DNA of 64,000 nucleotides from an uncultured Verrucomicrobiae bacterium (GTDB taxonomy: Bacteria > Verrucomicrobiota > Verrucomicrobiia > Chthoniobacterales > Terrimicrobiaceae): the NCBI GenBank assembly GCA_963706955.1, contig CAVPOC010000005.1, forward strand, positions 96,001 through 160,000. Reading direction: 5' to 3'. A program made the position numbers and the translations under genes. The notes under the pieces are model-generated. The model ran no database searches and was not told the origin of the DNA. It saw nothing but the letters and a program-made list of their open reading frames with translations. Each line of letters begins with the position of its first letter. Positions within the stretch are counted from its first letter, which is position 1. Below are positions 1-10,488 of this stretch, one piece after another.

Positions 1-158
1 TCTTCCTCACTTTTGCCAAGTCGCTTTTGTAAGCGCCCCAGCATTTCGTCTTCCTTACCTTCGGCAAACGTGAGGTCGTCGTCTGTTAAGTCGGCAAACT
101 TTTGTTTCAGCTTGCCCTTGACTTCGTTCCAACTGCCTTTGATCTGGAGTTTGTTCAT
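1..158 (-). CDS. CsbD/YjbJ family general stress protein (runs off window start)
   Basis: Manual translation from ATG at 158: [53 protein letters not shown], a typical CsbD pattern. Not in the ORF track. Confidence 0.9.
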   Translation of the reverse strand, partial: MNKLQIKGSWNEVKGKLKQKFADLTDDDLTFAEGKEDEMLGRLQKRLGKSEE

Positions 159-170
159 ACTTGGGAATCG

Positions 171-827
171 TTAGTCACTAGCCTGATGGATGTCGTCTCG
201 CTTTTCCTCAGCGGCGACCCGGGAACCAGTGGCAGCAGTGCGTAAATCGCGGACGAAGAGGTCATACTCGCGCTTGGCATCACCTCGGTCAGTGAGGCGA
301 AGGAGAAGCGAGGGATGAATGGTGACAAATACTCTCGCCGCGATCGGTGAGGAGAACGAGCGTCCTCTATCTCTCAGCACACGCACTTTTGGGCCCAGAA
401 TTGCGACCGTGGCAGTGGCACCAAGGCAGACAACCGTCTTTGGCCGGACAACTCGCAGTTCTGCTTCTAGCCACGGACGGCAGGCGGCGATTTCCCTTGC
501 CGATGGTTTCTTATGAATCCGACGCTTGCCACGCGGTTCCCACTTAAAGTGTTTTACTGCGTTGGTCACATAGGTACCGCTCCGGGCGATGCCGGCATCC
601 TCCAAGGCACGGTCCAGCAGCTTTCCAGCTGGGCCGACAAATGGCCTGCCGGAGAGATCCTCCTGATCTCCGGGCTGTTCGCCGACAATCATGATGATAG
701 AGGATGGCTTCCCCTCGCCGAAGACGGTTTGAGTCCCGCTCTTCCAGAGAGGACAATTCTTGCAATCCGCAGCCGCCCGTTTGATCGCAGACAGGCTGTT
801 GCTTTCGAGAACCGAATTGGGAATCAC
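171..827 (-). CDS. udgX: UdgX family uracil-DNA binding protein (family 4 UDG-like)
   Basis: CxxC Fe-S ligands, GEQPG, PFVGPAG, HFKWEPRGKRRIHKKP (UdgX R-loop with KRRIH) and HPS motif. Confidence 0.9.
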   Translation of the reverse strand: MIPNSVLESNSLSAIKRAAADCKNCPLWKSGTQTVFGEGKPSSIIMIVGEQPGDQEDLSGRPFVGPAGKLLDRALEDAGIARSGTYVTNAVKHFKWEPRGKRRIHKKPSAREIAACRPWLEAELRVVRPKTVVCLGATATVAILGPKVRVLRDRGRSFSSPIAARVFVTIHPSLLLRLTDRGDAKREYDLFVRDLRTAATGSRVAAEEKRDDIHQASD

Positions 828-906
828 TGCTGAATCTCAGCGGTGGGCCGCATCCTTGCCACAATCTAGCCATCGCGCACTTTCCGAGAGCAGGCAACCC
901 GGCGCC

Positions 907-1140
907 CTACGCGCGATCGCGGATTTCTTTCGAACCAGCCTGGCTCGCGCAGTGGGCGCAGCAATATACGGTCGAGTTGACTTCCACCCCGTGTCCGATG
1001 ACGCGACATCCGCATTGCGCGCATGTGGGCGCAAGAGCTTGGATGGCACACTCAAAGGAATCAAAGGTGTGCGATTGGCCCCAGACCAGGATCTGAAAGG
1101 CCTTGTCGTAGTTGTTTCCACATGTTTCGCAAACGGGCAT
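907..1140 (-). CDS. Small Cys-rich metal-binding (metallothionein-like) protein
   Basis: MPVCETCGN...FDSFECAI...CAQCGC...YCCAHCA. Likely start is ATG 1140. Confidence 0.7.
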   Translation of the reverse strand: MPVCETCGNNYDKAFQILVWGQSHTFDSFECAIQALAPTCAQCGCRVIGHGVEVNSTVYCCAHCASQAGSKEIRDRA

Positions 1141-1286
1141 AAATCCTCCTCGGTCTAATCGAACATCGGAACTCAGATGCACGGCGCGCTTGTTTTCACC
1201 CGGCGCCACATCTGGGGAAAGTCACTGCCGATCTCGCACGGTCGTTCGCCAACCGGCCGGGGCTCTGACAATCCTGGAGAACTGCC

Positions 1287-2136
1287 CTAGGCCGCCTTCT
1301 TGCGTTTTGAAGCGGTCTTGGATCTCGCGCTCTTGGCCTTAGGTTTGCGCGCCTTTTCCGCATGTCCAGTTTCTTGAATGCTCTTTTGCAGTATAGCCAC
1401 CAGGTCGACCACGTTGGACGGCCTCTTTTTCTTGGTTGGCGTGGGAGTTGCCTTGTCTCCGTGCTCGATCTTTTCCTCGATCAGGTCCTTCAGAGCCTCG
1501 CGATAGTCGTCGGTATACTCTTTAGGTTTCCAGCCAGTGGACATGCTCTCGACCAGCTGCAAGGCCATGCGCATTTCGGATTTACCCACCGATTTCTGGG
1601 TCGGGGCTTTGAATTGGGAGGCATCGATCAATTCGTCTGGAAAGTGCATCAACTCCAACATCAGGCCTGAATTTTGCGGCTTTACGGCAGCCAAGTGTTG
1701 GCGCGCGCGAATCACCACTTTCGCAATGGCGATGCGGCCAGCCTCAACAAGCGCGTCTCGAAGAAGGACGTAAGCCTTCTGCCCGCCCTTCCCCACCTCC
1801 AGATAATACGGCTTGTAAAAGAGCAGTGGATCGACCTCCTTTAGCGCCACGAAATTGATGATGTCGACGGTTTGCGTCGCCTCGACATCAACGCGCGCAA
1901 AGTCTTCCTCCTTGAGAACGACATACTTTCCTTTCTCGGTACTCGTATCCCTTCACGATCTGATCCCACGGAACCTCCTTGCCATCGGTTTCGGCCACTC
2001 GCTTGTAGTTGATCGGACTATGATCAGATTTACGCAGCATCCGGAAGCTTAGCTCCTCTCTCGCGATGGCCGGATATAGCGACACCGGAATTGTCACCAG
2101 CCCGAAACTAATTGCCCCCTTCCAAAGTGGTCTCAT
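1287..2136 (-). CDS. ku: Non-homologous end-joining protein Ku (frameshifted near 1938)
   Basis: N-terminal MRPLWKGAISFGLVTIPV...IVKGYEY continues after one extra base as EKGKYVVLKEEDF...KPYYLE...LMHFPDEL...NVVDL, with a basic tail. Confidence 0.9.
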
Positions 2137-2742
2137 TTTCTCTGCCCTTCTGATTTCGAAGACTCCGGCTGCGACTGCCGGACATCTTTAAGGATGCGTC
2201 TAAGAAGGCTGAGGGCAGCGTCATGTCGCCCTTGGTGCAGCAGTTCAATGGCATCTTGCAGCTCGCTCTGAAGATCCTGGGCGGGCTTGACTGGCTCTGG
2301 AGGGGGTGGCGGGGCAGGGCTCGTGAACGGAATTATCTTCGCCGGCGAGGACGACTGAGTTTTCCTGTTGTCAGCCGCTTGTTCCTCTCTTCTTGATCGC
2401 TGTTGCTTTCGGGACGGTGCGCGAAGGAACCTGCGCGTCACCCTGCTCCAGGAGATCATACTTTATGGCAACCACGCTGCTGCCGGCAAACCGAGCCAAG
2501 GACTTTGGAAAAATGAGAAACTGTCTCGATTGGCCCGCACTAAAACCGATCGAGCCGCGATCCATCTTTCCGCGAGTTCGCCCCTGCTCGATAGTCATAA
2601 CACGATTCTGTTTGATGGCGCTCTGAAGCACTTTGTCGTTTTCAGGCGCTGTGAGGAGAACGTGAACGTCAGGGCGACCGGCGGCCTCAACGATCGCAGT
2701 GAATCGTGTGGTTTTTATCGGCTCTTGGACCTGGGTCTTCAT
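2133..2742 (-). CDS. Hypothetical protein, probably one gene split by a frameshift near 2390
   Basis: Overlapping ORFs 2371-2742 and 2133-2459 read as one protein. The stop overlaps the Ku start (ATGA). Confidence 0.5.
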
Positions 2743-3028
2743 TGCTTTTGATCGAGGAAGTCAGCGATAGTCGTCGATAGCTTTTGCTGAGGCTCGCCTG
2801 TCTTCGCGATAAGAGCTTGTTAGGTGTCTTATTGAAAGTTCGCAATTCCCGACGCCTTCGGCCGTTCCTTTGCTTGTACCGACGCGTTGGCGGATCGGCA
2901 GGTGCCTCCGCAGCCACGGTCGCCTTTAAACCGCGTTGCACGAATCTTATTTCGAATGCCGGAGCTGGAGTATTGCCATACAATCAAGAGCGTGCTGCGA
3001 TGCGATTCCAAGTAACCCGTGAAAAGCA

Positions 3029-3379
3029 ATGACAAATAACATCGACAGGCCAGACGACGAACGATCTCAAGAGTCATTCGAGATTGCTCAAGGAGCAACT
3101 GAAGACGCGCTGCGCGCTGGCAGGAAGTATCTTAGCGAAAATCCCATTCCAATCATTTTAGGCACGTTGATCGCAGGAGCGATTCTAGGCTTTCTTCTTC
3201 GACCAACTCCTCCCAAGCCGCCGGATCCCGCTCAGGCAGTGCGGGAATGGTTCGAAAAAGCCTTGGAAGAGTTGATCGCCAAATCGCCCGTCTCCAAGAA
3301 GCAAATGCGCTCAATTCAGGGAGACTTGGCAGATCGGGCCGAGGGTCTCCAGAAAAAGTTGCGCTTCTGGTGTCACTGA
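3029..3379 (+). CDS. Small membrane-anchored hypothetical protein (DUF883/ElaB-like)
   Basis: YLSENPIPIILGTLIAGAILGFLL transmembrane segment. Confidence 0.55.
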   Translation: MTNNIDRPDDERSQESFEIAQGATEDALRAGRKYLSENPIPIILGTLIAGAILGFLLRPTPPKPPDPAQAVREWFEKALEELIAKSPVSKKQMRSIQGDLADRAEGLQKKLRFWCH

Positions 3380-3420
3380 CGACGGCTATTATCCCAGGAC
3401 AGCCGACTCCCTCATCTGTC

Positions 3421-3990
3421 CTACGCGCGATCTCTTTGCGGCAGAGGCGATGCCTTTAGGATCGCGCCGAACACGCGCCTCTTCTCGGACAAAAGCACTT
3501 CGACAAACACACCCACGAACAGACCCCAGACGAGGTGCACGAGGAACATTAATGCGTTGCGTGAGAGTGGGTGTTTGGTTGCAGGATTCAGCACTCCAAG
3601 GGCTGGAAGGAGTCCGAAATAGCCTGCAAGCCAGAGAAGCGCCCCGAAGATGGGCCCCTTAATCAGCGAACTCCCGGGAACCCGCCATTCTGCAAGTGAA
3701 TAGAGAACTGCAGCCATCGCCCCATAAGAGAAGTGGTTGATGAGAGTTAATGCCGCCCGCGCATCCGGGCCAACCTTCTTGTCGATACCCAGGCTCTCCA
3801 TCAGGTTCATGGTAATTTCCCGGGGAGGCAGTGAATAGCGGTGTTTTGGAGGAAGCAGCCGGTGCAACCAGATCATGCCAATCGTCATCGGGCCGGTGGC
3901 ACTTACGCCTCCCAAGGCGCCAACGAGCGAACGGAGCAGAGTGCGTGTCGAGTCCTCGCCAGGCGCCCGGGTCTTGTGAATTGAGGGCAT
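3421..3990 (-). CDS. Conserved membrane protein
   Basis: Several hydrophobic segments; HFSYGA and HLVWG motifs. Confidence 0.6.
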   Translation of the reverse strand: MPSIHKTRAPGEDSTRTLLRSLVGALGGVSATGPMTIGMIWLHRLLPPKHRYSLPPREITMNLMESLGIDKKVGPDARAALTLINHFSYGAMAAVLYSLAEWRVPGSSLIKGPIFGALLWLAGYFGLLPALGVLNPATKHPLSRNALMFLVHLVWGLFVGVFVEVLLSEKRRVFGAILKASPLPQRDRA

Positions 3991-4044
3991 CTACAACGGC
4001 TTCGTAGCGTAACTTAGCCCTGGACGTGTGGAGGACTCGACGCC

Positions 4045-6459
4045 TCAAGGATTTTGCTCTAAAGCATGACCGAGGACTTGATCGACGTTTTCAGCCGGCA
4101 CGAAACGCATTTTTTCGCGCGCTTCAGTGGGCACATCGATGAGATCTTTCTCGTTCAGCTTGGGGATGATCACGGTATCCACACCCGCCCGCATTGCCGC
4201 GAGACTTTTCTCCTTGAGACCTCCGATCGGGAGCACCAACCCTCGCAAGGTAATTTCTCCTGTCATTGCGACGTTGGCACGAACACGGCGATTGGTGAAA
4301 AGCGACGCCAGGGCCGTGAACATCGCAATTCCGGCCGAGGGACCGTCCTTGGGAATAGCTCCGGCCGGAACGTGCACATGGATGTCAGTGTCCTTAAAAA
4401 CCTCCGTATCGATGCCCAGCGTTTCCGCCCGAGCTCGCAAAAGACTCAAGGCGGCTTGCGCCGACTCTTTCATCACGTTGCCGATCTGGCCCGTGAGGGT
4501 GATGCCACCTTTGCCCGGGTAACGAATCGCCTCGATATACAAGACTTCGCCGCCCGTCGGAGTGTAGGCAAGTCCTGTGACCACCCCGGGAATATCAGGT
4601 TTCAGCCCCTGCTCCCGGACGTAGCGGGGAGGACCCAAGAGCACCGTCACGACCTCCGGGGTGACCGCCACCTTCTCCTGCTCGCCGCGAGCGATCTCTG
4701 CAGCTACCCCACGGCAGACAGCCCCAATCTGGCGCTCGAGCTCACGCACGCCAGCCTCGTGCGTGTAATCGCTGATCACGCGTCTGAGCGCTAATTCATC
4801 CCATTGGCATTGCTCAGGCTTCAACCCATTCTCGGTAAGCTGACGCGGCACGAGATACCGTCGGCCGATTTCCAGCTTTTCCGTCTCCGTGTAGCCAGGG
4901 ATCTCAATCACCTCCATCCGGTCACGCAAGGCGAGTGGAACCGGATCCATGTAGTTCGCCGTCGCTATGAAAATGACCTGGGAAAGGTCGAAGGGCACAT
5001 CCAGGTAGTGATCGACGAAGGAATGGTTCTGCCTCGGATCAAGAACTTCGAGGAGAGCGCTCGCTGGATCGCCCCGGAAATCTGCTCCGATTTTGTCGAT
5101 TTCGTCGAGCATAAGGACTGGGTTTCGTGTTCCGACACGTCGCAGCTCCTGGATGAGACGACCTGGCATGGAACCAATGTATGTTCGACGATGCCCGCGG
5201 ATCTCAGCCTCATCGCGAATTCCGCCCAGGCTCATGCGGGAGAACTTGCGCCCGAGAGCATCAGCGATTGATTGTCCGAGACTGGTCTTTCCCACGCCTG
5301 GGGGACCAAGGAAACAAAGGATCGGTCCGCGGCCTTCGGGATTTAGTTTGCGAACGGCAAGGTATTCGATGAGCCGACGCTTCACCTTTTCGAGGCCGTA
5401 ATGATCGCGATCGAGGATTCTTCGCGCTTCATCGAGGTCGATGACGTCTTCGCTCATCTTTTGCCAAGGGAGATCGGCCAACGTCTCGATGTAACTGACA
5501 ATGACTGAGAATTCCGGGCTTGCCGGTGGAATGAGATCCAGACGTTTCAACTCCCGTTCGGCTTGCGCCATGACCTCGGCGGGCGGATGTGCCGCTTCGA
5601 GTCGGGTTCGTAATTGGATGGCTTCCCCGCCCGTCTCGCCTTCGCCAAGTTCCCGCTGGATGGCCTTCATCTGCTCCCGCAGATACGTCCGTCGCTGTGC
5701 CTCTGAGAACTGAGATGCCAAATCCTTCTGCAACTTTTGCTGAATCTGTGCAATTTCGAGTTGGGCGGCGATGTGGGTCTGGACCGCCGTGACACGCCGG
5801 GCAACGTCCACCTCCTCCAAGAGAGCTTGTTTTTGCGCCGAATCGACGTTCAGGTTGGTAGCCAGAAAGTCAGCGAGCTGTCCGCCATCGGTGATGTTCA
5901 GCAGAACAGCCCGCGCCTGATCCGGAATGTCCGGCGAAAGTTCGATGATCTTCATTGCGTTTTCGCGCAAGTTCTTGATCTCGGCCTCCCATTGCTTGCT
6001 ATCCGCGGGCGGTGCGGAACTTTCGAGAACACGAATCTCCGCCTTGAGAAATGGATGCGTTAAGATGAATCGAGTGATCTCAATTCGCTGCAGGATCTGG
6101 ACAATAATAAGGATTGTCTCGTCGGGCTGCCGGAGAAGCTTGATGACGTTGCCCGCGGTTCCGACCGTGTAGAGTTCTTCAGGAGCCGGATCGTCTTTGA
6201 TAGCATCGCGCTGGGTGACCAGCCCGATGACCTTGCTTTCCGGCAATGAAGCATCCAGGAGTTTGAGTGAGGCCTCTCGGCGAATCGTCAGAGGAACCAC
6301 TGTGCCGGGAAATGCGACCATGTCCCTGATCGGCAGAATCGGCAAAGTGTCGGGGATGGCCGGCTGTTCATCTTTCGGAACATTTCCGGGCAAAGACGGC
6401 AGCCCTCCGGGCGAAGGTGTCCCGGAACCTTCCTTAACCACAAACGGTTCCTCGATCAT
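4045..6459 (-). CDS. lon: ATP-dependent Lon protease
   Basis: Lon N domain, Walker A GPPGVGKTS, LDEIDK, catalytic PKDGPSAG and GGLKEK. Confidence 0.97.
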   Translation of the reverse strand: MIEEPFVVKEGSGTPSPGGLPSLPGNVPKDEQPAIPDTLPILPIRDMVAFPGTVVPLTIRREASLKLLDASLPESKVIGLVTQRDAIKDDPAPEELYTVGTAGNVIKLLRQPDETILIIVQILQRIEITRFILTHPFLKAEIRVLESSAPPADSKQWEAEIKNLRENAMKIIELSPDIPDQARAVLLNITDGGQLADFLATNLNVDSAQKQALLEEVDVARRVTAVQTHIAAQLEIAQIQQKLQKDLASQFSEAQRRTYLREQMKAIQRELGEGETGGEAIQLRTRLEAAHPPAEVMAQAERELKRLDLIPPASPEFSVIVSYIETLADLPWQKMSEDVIDLDEARRILDRDHYGLEKVKRRLIEYLAVRKLNPEGRGPILCFLGPPGVGKTSLGQSIADALGRKFSRMSLGGIRDEAEIRGHRRTYIGSMPGRLIQELRRVGTRNPVLMLDEIDKIGADFRGDPASALLEVLDPRQNHSFVDHYLDVPFDLSQVIFIATANYMDPVPLALRDRMEVIEIPGYTETEKLEIGRRYLVPRQLTENGLKPEQCQWDELALRRVISDYTHEAGVRELERQIGAVCRGVAAEIARGEQEKVAVTPEVVTVLLGPPRYVREQGLKPDIPGVVTGLAYTPTGGEVLYIEAIRYPGKGGITLTGQIGNVMKESAQAALSLLRARAETLGIDTEVFKDTDIHVHVPAGAIPKDGPSAGIAMFTALASLFTNRRVRANVAMTGEITLRGLVLPIGGLKEKSLAAMRAGVDTVIIPKLNEKDLIDVPTEAREKMRFVPAENVDQVLGHALEQNP

Positions 6460-6851
6460 GAAGTAAGGCGCAATGGAAGTTCGATCCAGAGCAGGCCGTC
6501 GCGCTGCTCGGCGGTGACCTTCTCAGGAATTACGTCCGCCGGAAGACGGACCTCCCGGGCAAAAGGCCCGTTGTCAATTTCGAGAGCGAGTATCTGCTGC
6601 GGACGGGACGATACCGGTTCGGGAGTTCGCCGTGTTCCTTTCAGAAGCAGCCTGCGGGGTTCGATTCGGAGATCGATATCCGCCCTCGGCACCCCAGCGA
6701 GCTCAAAGCAAATGCGAATGCAACCTTCGCAGCGATAGGCGTTCATGGGCGGTTTCCAGCCCTCCGGTTGCGTGTAGCGAGCGCTGGAAAGCTCGTAGGC
6801 AAGACCTTCCAACTGGTTGTGAAACCATTTAAGTTTAACGACTTTTTCCAA
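6456..6851 (-). CDS. Hsp20/alpha-crystallin small heat-shock protein
   Basis: WKPPMN...ELAGV...EIDNGPFAREVRLP...DGLLWIELP. Overlaps the lon start. Confidence 0.85.
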   Translation of the reverse strand: MEKVVKLKWFHNQLEGLAYELSSARYTQPEGWKPPMNAYRCEGCIRICFELAGVPRADIDLRIEPRRLLLKGTRRTPEPVSSRPQQILALEIDNGPFAREVRLPADVIPEKVTAEQRDGLLWIELPLRLTS

Positions 6852-7200
6852 GAGATGATTCTAGTTTGGCCACAAATTGCCTTCGTATGTTGGAAATCCT
6901 GCGGCCCGTTCGATTGCCATTTTCAAGTTCGTAACTCTGTTGCCATTGTCCTTTTTCCAGAGCCAGTGCTTCCACCTTGTTGGCTTCAGATCCGGAATCT
7001 CAGAGAAATTTCTCCTGATGAACAAGCCTAGCTTCCACCGCCTTTCTTGCAAGTCTCGGGCGGGAGATCGCGACCGTGCACAGGCCTGTTGCTCATTTGG
7101 CGGTCCAGCTCGACCAGTTGCGGCAGCGACGAAAGGAAAATCGCGTCCCAAAATTGCCTCGGCATCATCCTCGTTCATAGTATCGTTCCCAACCCGAAAG

Positions 7201-7836
7201 ATGAACTGCGCTTTTTTGTTGATCCACGTCCTGCGTGGCGGAAGACTCGTGTTGATCCTGACTGTGCTGTCTTTGATTGGCTGTTCCTCATTTTCCGAAC
7301 TCGACACAACTTCGCTCTCGTCGATGACCCAGTCGGTCCCGGAGTTCGGAAGGCGGTCCTTGAATAGTGTGACACGCTCGGTGCCCGAGCTGGGCATGGT
7401 TACGGATCAGGGCACCTCTGGCCGGTCAATTAGCGTGCGCCTCTCCGATCAAAGAGCATTTCTTTACAAGAGGGGCGAAGTCGTGGCCATCTCTCCCGCT
7501 TCGACCGGAAGAGAAGGCTATAATACGCCCATAGGCAGGCACCGCGTGATCAGCAAGGATATTGACCATCGCTCTAGCATTTACGGTGCGTATGTTCGCG
7601 ATGGTCAGGTGGTCAAGGCCGGTGTGGATGTGCGGAAAGATCCCAAGCCGCCCGGCGCCGTCTTCGTTGGCGCGCCAATGCCTTTTTATCTTCAAATTGC
7701 GCCTTCATACGGACTGCACGCCGGCCACGTTCCTGGATATCCGGCTTCTCACGGATGCATTAGGCTGCCGGCTCGATGGGCAAAACGCTTCTACCACGCC
7801 GTTAAAGTAGGAACACCGGTGCAGATTTACCGTTAG
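7201..7836 (+). CDS. L,D-transpeptidase family lipoprotein
   Basis: LIGC lipobox, STGR..TP.G, and GLHAG...SHGCIRL catalytic motif. Start uncertain. Confidence 0.85.
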   Translation: MNCAFLLIHVLRGGRLVLILTVLSLIGCSSFSELDTTSLSSMTQSVPEFGRRSLNSVTRSVPELGMVTDQGTSGRSISVRLSDQRAFLYKRGEVVAISPASTGREGYNTPIGRHRVISKDIDHRSSIYGAYVRDGQVVKAGVDVRKDPKPPGAVFVGAPMPFYLQIAPSYGLHAGHVPGYPASHGCIRLPARWAKRFYHAVKVGTPVQIYR

Positions 7837-7867
7837 CTGGCGGGCATGCCGGAACCTCGTTTCGCTT

Positions 7868-8446
7868 GTGGAATCTGATCGTGCGAATGAACTCCAGTCC
7901 GAAATCGAACTCTTAAGGAAAGTCGGCCAGGGGGATCGCCGCAGTTTCGAGCAACTTTACGAGCGATTTTCCGGAGTCCTCTTCTCCATTGCCTATCGCA
8001 TGCTCAAAAGTCAGGAAGCGGCCGAGGATGTTTTGCAGGACGTCTTCGTTCAAATTTGGAAGAAGGCGCCTCTGTTCGATCCTGCTCGGGGGCGGCCGAT
8101 GACATGGGCAGTAACTCTTACCCGCAACAAGGCAATCGACTTGATGCGTTCCGCGCAGCGGCGCTCCGGCTTACATGAGACCATGCATCAAGAGAACGAA
8201 ACCTTTAGCCGCTTCGACGATCGGAGCTCGTTCGATGCGGTCGCTTCGGACGAGATGTGGAAGTTGGTGCGCGACGCCGTCAAGAAACTCTCAAAAGAGC
8301 AGCGGCAAGCGATCGAACTCGCTTTCTTTGCTTCAATGACCCAAACAGAGATCGCCGAGCACCTTGACGAGCCGCTCGGCACCATCAAAGCCCGCATCCG
8401 TCGAGGGATGCTGGCGCTTCGCGAGATGATCGAGCCCCAGCTGTAA
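7868..8446 (+). CDS. ECF sigma-70 factor (SigK-like)
   Basis: AEDVLQDVFVQIW, RNKAID and PLGTIKARIRRG. Confidence 0.9.
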   Translation: MESDRANELQSEIELLRKVGQGDRRSFEQLYERFSGVLFSIAYRMLKSQEAAEDVLQDVFVQIWKKAPLFDPARGRPMTWAVTLTRNKAIDLMRSAQRRSGLHETMHQENETFSRFDDRSSFDAVASDEMWKLVRDAVKKLSKEQRQAIELAFFASMTQTEIAEHLDEPLGTIKARIRRGMLALREMIEPQL

Positions 8447-8484
8447 ACAGCCGGAGCTCAAGAGGCGCTGCCAACCCTGCTTCC

Positions 8485-9060
8485 CTATGCTCGCTCGAGA
8501 CCAGAGAGCTCGCGTTCACGCGCCACCAGCCACAGCGGCTCTCCCGATTCGTCACGAATCGGAGTAATGGAGATCTCAACCCAGTAGGGAAGACCGCTCT
8601 TATGGTAGTTCAGAATCGTTTCGCAGCAGGCGCGACATGCGTGCACCGCCTCCCGAATGCGGGCGGCCGTTTCGCGATCGGTCTTCTCGCCTTGTAGAAT
8701 CGGGCCCAGCTTTTTCCCGCGAAGTTCCTCCAGCGTGTACCCACACATTGCGCTGAAGGCTGGATTGACCCATTGCACTAGGCCGTCTGGCCCGGACATC
8801 ACCATGGCCTCCGGCTGGAACTCCTGCGGAGTGTTCGAAATGGCCGCAAAGATCCGTGCCTTGGCATCTGGAGTGGGGCCAACTCCGCTGCGATCCCGCG
8901 CGGCCAAAGTCACCGCAGCCCCCACTTCGACCATACGGCCAACGAATTCGCGAAGCTCATCGTGAAACTCCACCACAACCTCGAACTGCTCACGCTGCCT
9001 GCTCGTCATTACGCCGGCGGCGTACAGTGCAGCTTGTTCCTGAAGAAGTTCACTCAGCAT
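8485..9060 (-). CDS. PAS-domain protein with an N-terminal anti-sigma-like helical region
   Basis: N-terminus QEQAALYAAGVMT...FE...ELREFV. C-terminal PAS/PAC WVNPAFSAMCGYTLEELRG...NYHKSG..YW. Confidence 0.7.
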   Translation of the reverse strand: MLSELLQEQAALYAAGVMTSRQREQFEVVVEFHDELREFVGRMVEVGAAVTLAARDRSGVGPTPDAKARIFAAISNTPQEFQPEAMVMSGPDGLVQWVNPAFSAMCGYTLEELRGKKLGPILQGEKTDRETAARIREAVHACRACCETILNYHKSGLPYWVEISITPIRDESGEPLWLVARERELSGLERA

Positions 9061-9094
9061 CGGTGTGCAAAGAATTCAGCTATTTGACGGTTAA

Positions 9095-9120
9095 TACGCT
9101 TGCAAGCCGGATTTGGATTC
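9095..9120 (-). promoter_or_regulatory. Candidate ECF promoter upstream of the PAS/anti-sigma gene
   Basis: Minus strand GAATCC-N16-CGTA, resembling the TGATCC-N16-CGTA type of ECF promoter. Confidence 0.4.
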
Positions 9121-9286
9121 TTGGAGCCGATAAGGATACGAGAAACGTTTGCCGCGCCTGACTGGATGCAGCCGAGCGGCAAATTTAACGAAATAGATTC
9201 TGCACCCAACGATGATCCTCCGGCGTTCCGTTTTCAGACATGAGCACTTCGCTCTGCGAGAACACAAAGAAAACATCCAATACATT

Positions 9287-9769
9287 ATGAAGAAAATAAC
9301 TCATTTCGCATCATTCCTCTGTGCGATTCTGCTGCTGACGCAGGCTCCTCTGCACTCAGCCGAACAGAAAACCATTGTCGCCGTCGCTTCCGACGCAGGG
9401 CAGTTCAACACGCTTGTCACTGCTATCAAGGCTGCGGGATTGGTGGAAACTCTGAACGGAAAAGGGCCATTCACGGTCTTTGCACCCACCGACGAAGCTT
9501 TTGCCAAATTGCCAAAAGGCACCGTCGAGGATCTGCTCAAGCCGGAAAATAAGGAGCGTCTGGTAGCCGTTCTTACCTACCATGTCGTCCCGGGCAAGAT
9601 CATGGCATCCGATGTGGTCACCACCGATGCCAAGACGGTAAATGGTAAGAAACTTCCGATCAAGGCGGACGCCGGAAAGGTGGAAGTAGGGAAGGCGAAC
9701 GTCGTGAAGGCGGATGTTCCGGCCAGCAATGGCGTCATCCACGTGGTCGACGGAGTACTCATTCCCTAG
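9287..9769 (+). CDS. Secreted fasciclin (FAS1) domain protein
   Basis: Signal peptide; FTVFAPTDEAF, LTYHVV and SNGVIHVVD motifs. Confidence 0.93.
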   Translation: MKKITHFASFLCAILLLTQAPLHSAEQKTIVAVASDAGQFNTLVTAIKAAGLVETLNGKGPFTVFAPTDEAFAKLPKGTVEDLLKPENKERLVAVLTYHVVPGKIMASDVVTTDAKTVNGKKLPIKADAGKVEVGKANVVKADVPASNGVIHVVDGVLIP

Positions 9770-9954
9770 CCACGAATGCTTTGTGTGCTGCGGGTGAACG
9801 CCTTCGCCCGCGGCACGCAACCCTTCTCCCCCCAAATTCTCCGAATTTGATCCCTGTTTTGGGGGCTAATCATTGCCCTCTACCGAACAAGATATCCAGC
9901 TCAGTCCCGAAGACTCGCCGCATCCAGCAACAAACAGCGACAAGGTCGCCTTTT

Positions 9955-10488
9955 TTAGGCGCGCTTTTCGGCGACAAGCAGGGCTAGCAATCCCTCAGGG
10001 TCGGCGCAGCTCAGGAGTAAAAACTTGCCGTCATCCATGAGGATGCAAAGAACACGATGAAAGTCGGAAAGAAAAACAATCGCTCGTCGGCCATTCTGCA
10101 GCATGAACTCCCCAGATTGATAGCCAGGCAGGCTGGTGCCAATGATCTTGCGGCGGGGCCTGAAGTCAGGCCACTGCGTCAGGTCCAAGACGACCGATGG
10201 GCCGAGATTCATTGCAGAAAGCGGAAATCGCCAGCAAAAGATGTCTCCGCGGACAAACAAACGACCATCGGCGATCTCAAAGCGCACGTGCTTAGAGCGA
10301 TCAAGCACTAGAAACGCGAACACCAGCAGACCGGCCGCGACTCCGGCAATCCAAAGTGCTTGGTTGGGCTGATGCGCGAGAACCCCGACAGCCAACTGGA
10401 TGACGACGCTCACTCCAGCGACCAGGAGCGCGCACAAATACCATTTCCGCGGCGTGGTCGCGCGCGCGATGGAAATCGATGCCAGCAT
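9955..10488 (-). CDS. Membrane protein with bacterial PH domain
   Basis: Two TM segments followed by ..GTSLPGYQSGEFMLQNG.. Confidence 0.6.
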   Translation of the reverse strand: MLASISIARATTPRKWYLCALLVAGVSVVIQLAVGVLAHQPNQALWIAGVAAGLLVFAFLVLDRSKHVRFEIADGRLFVRGDIFCWRFPLSAMNLGPSVVLDLTQWPDFRPRRKIIGTSLPGYQSGEFMLQNGRRAIVFLSDFHRVLCILMDDGKFLLLSCADPEGLLALLVAEKRA

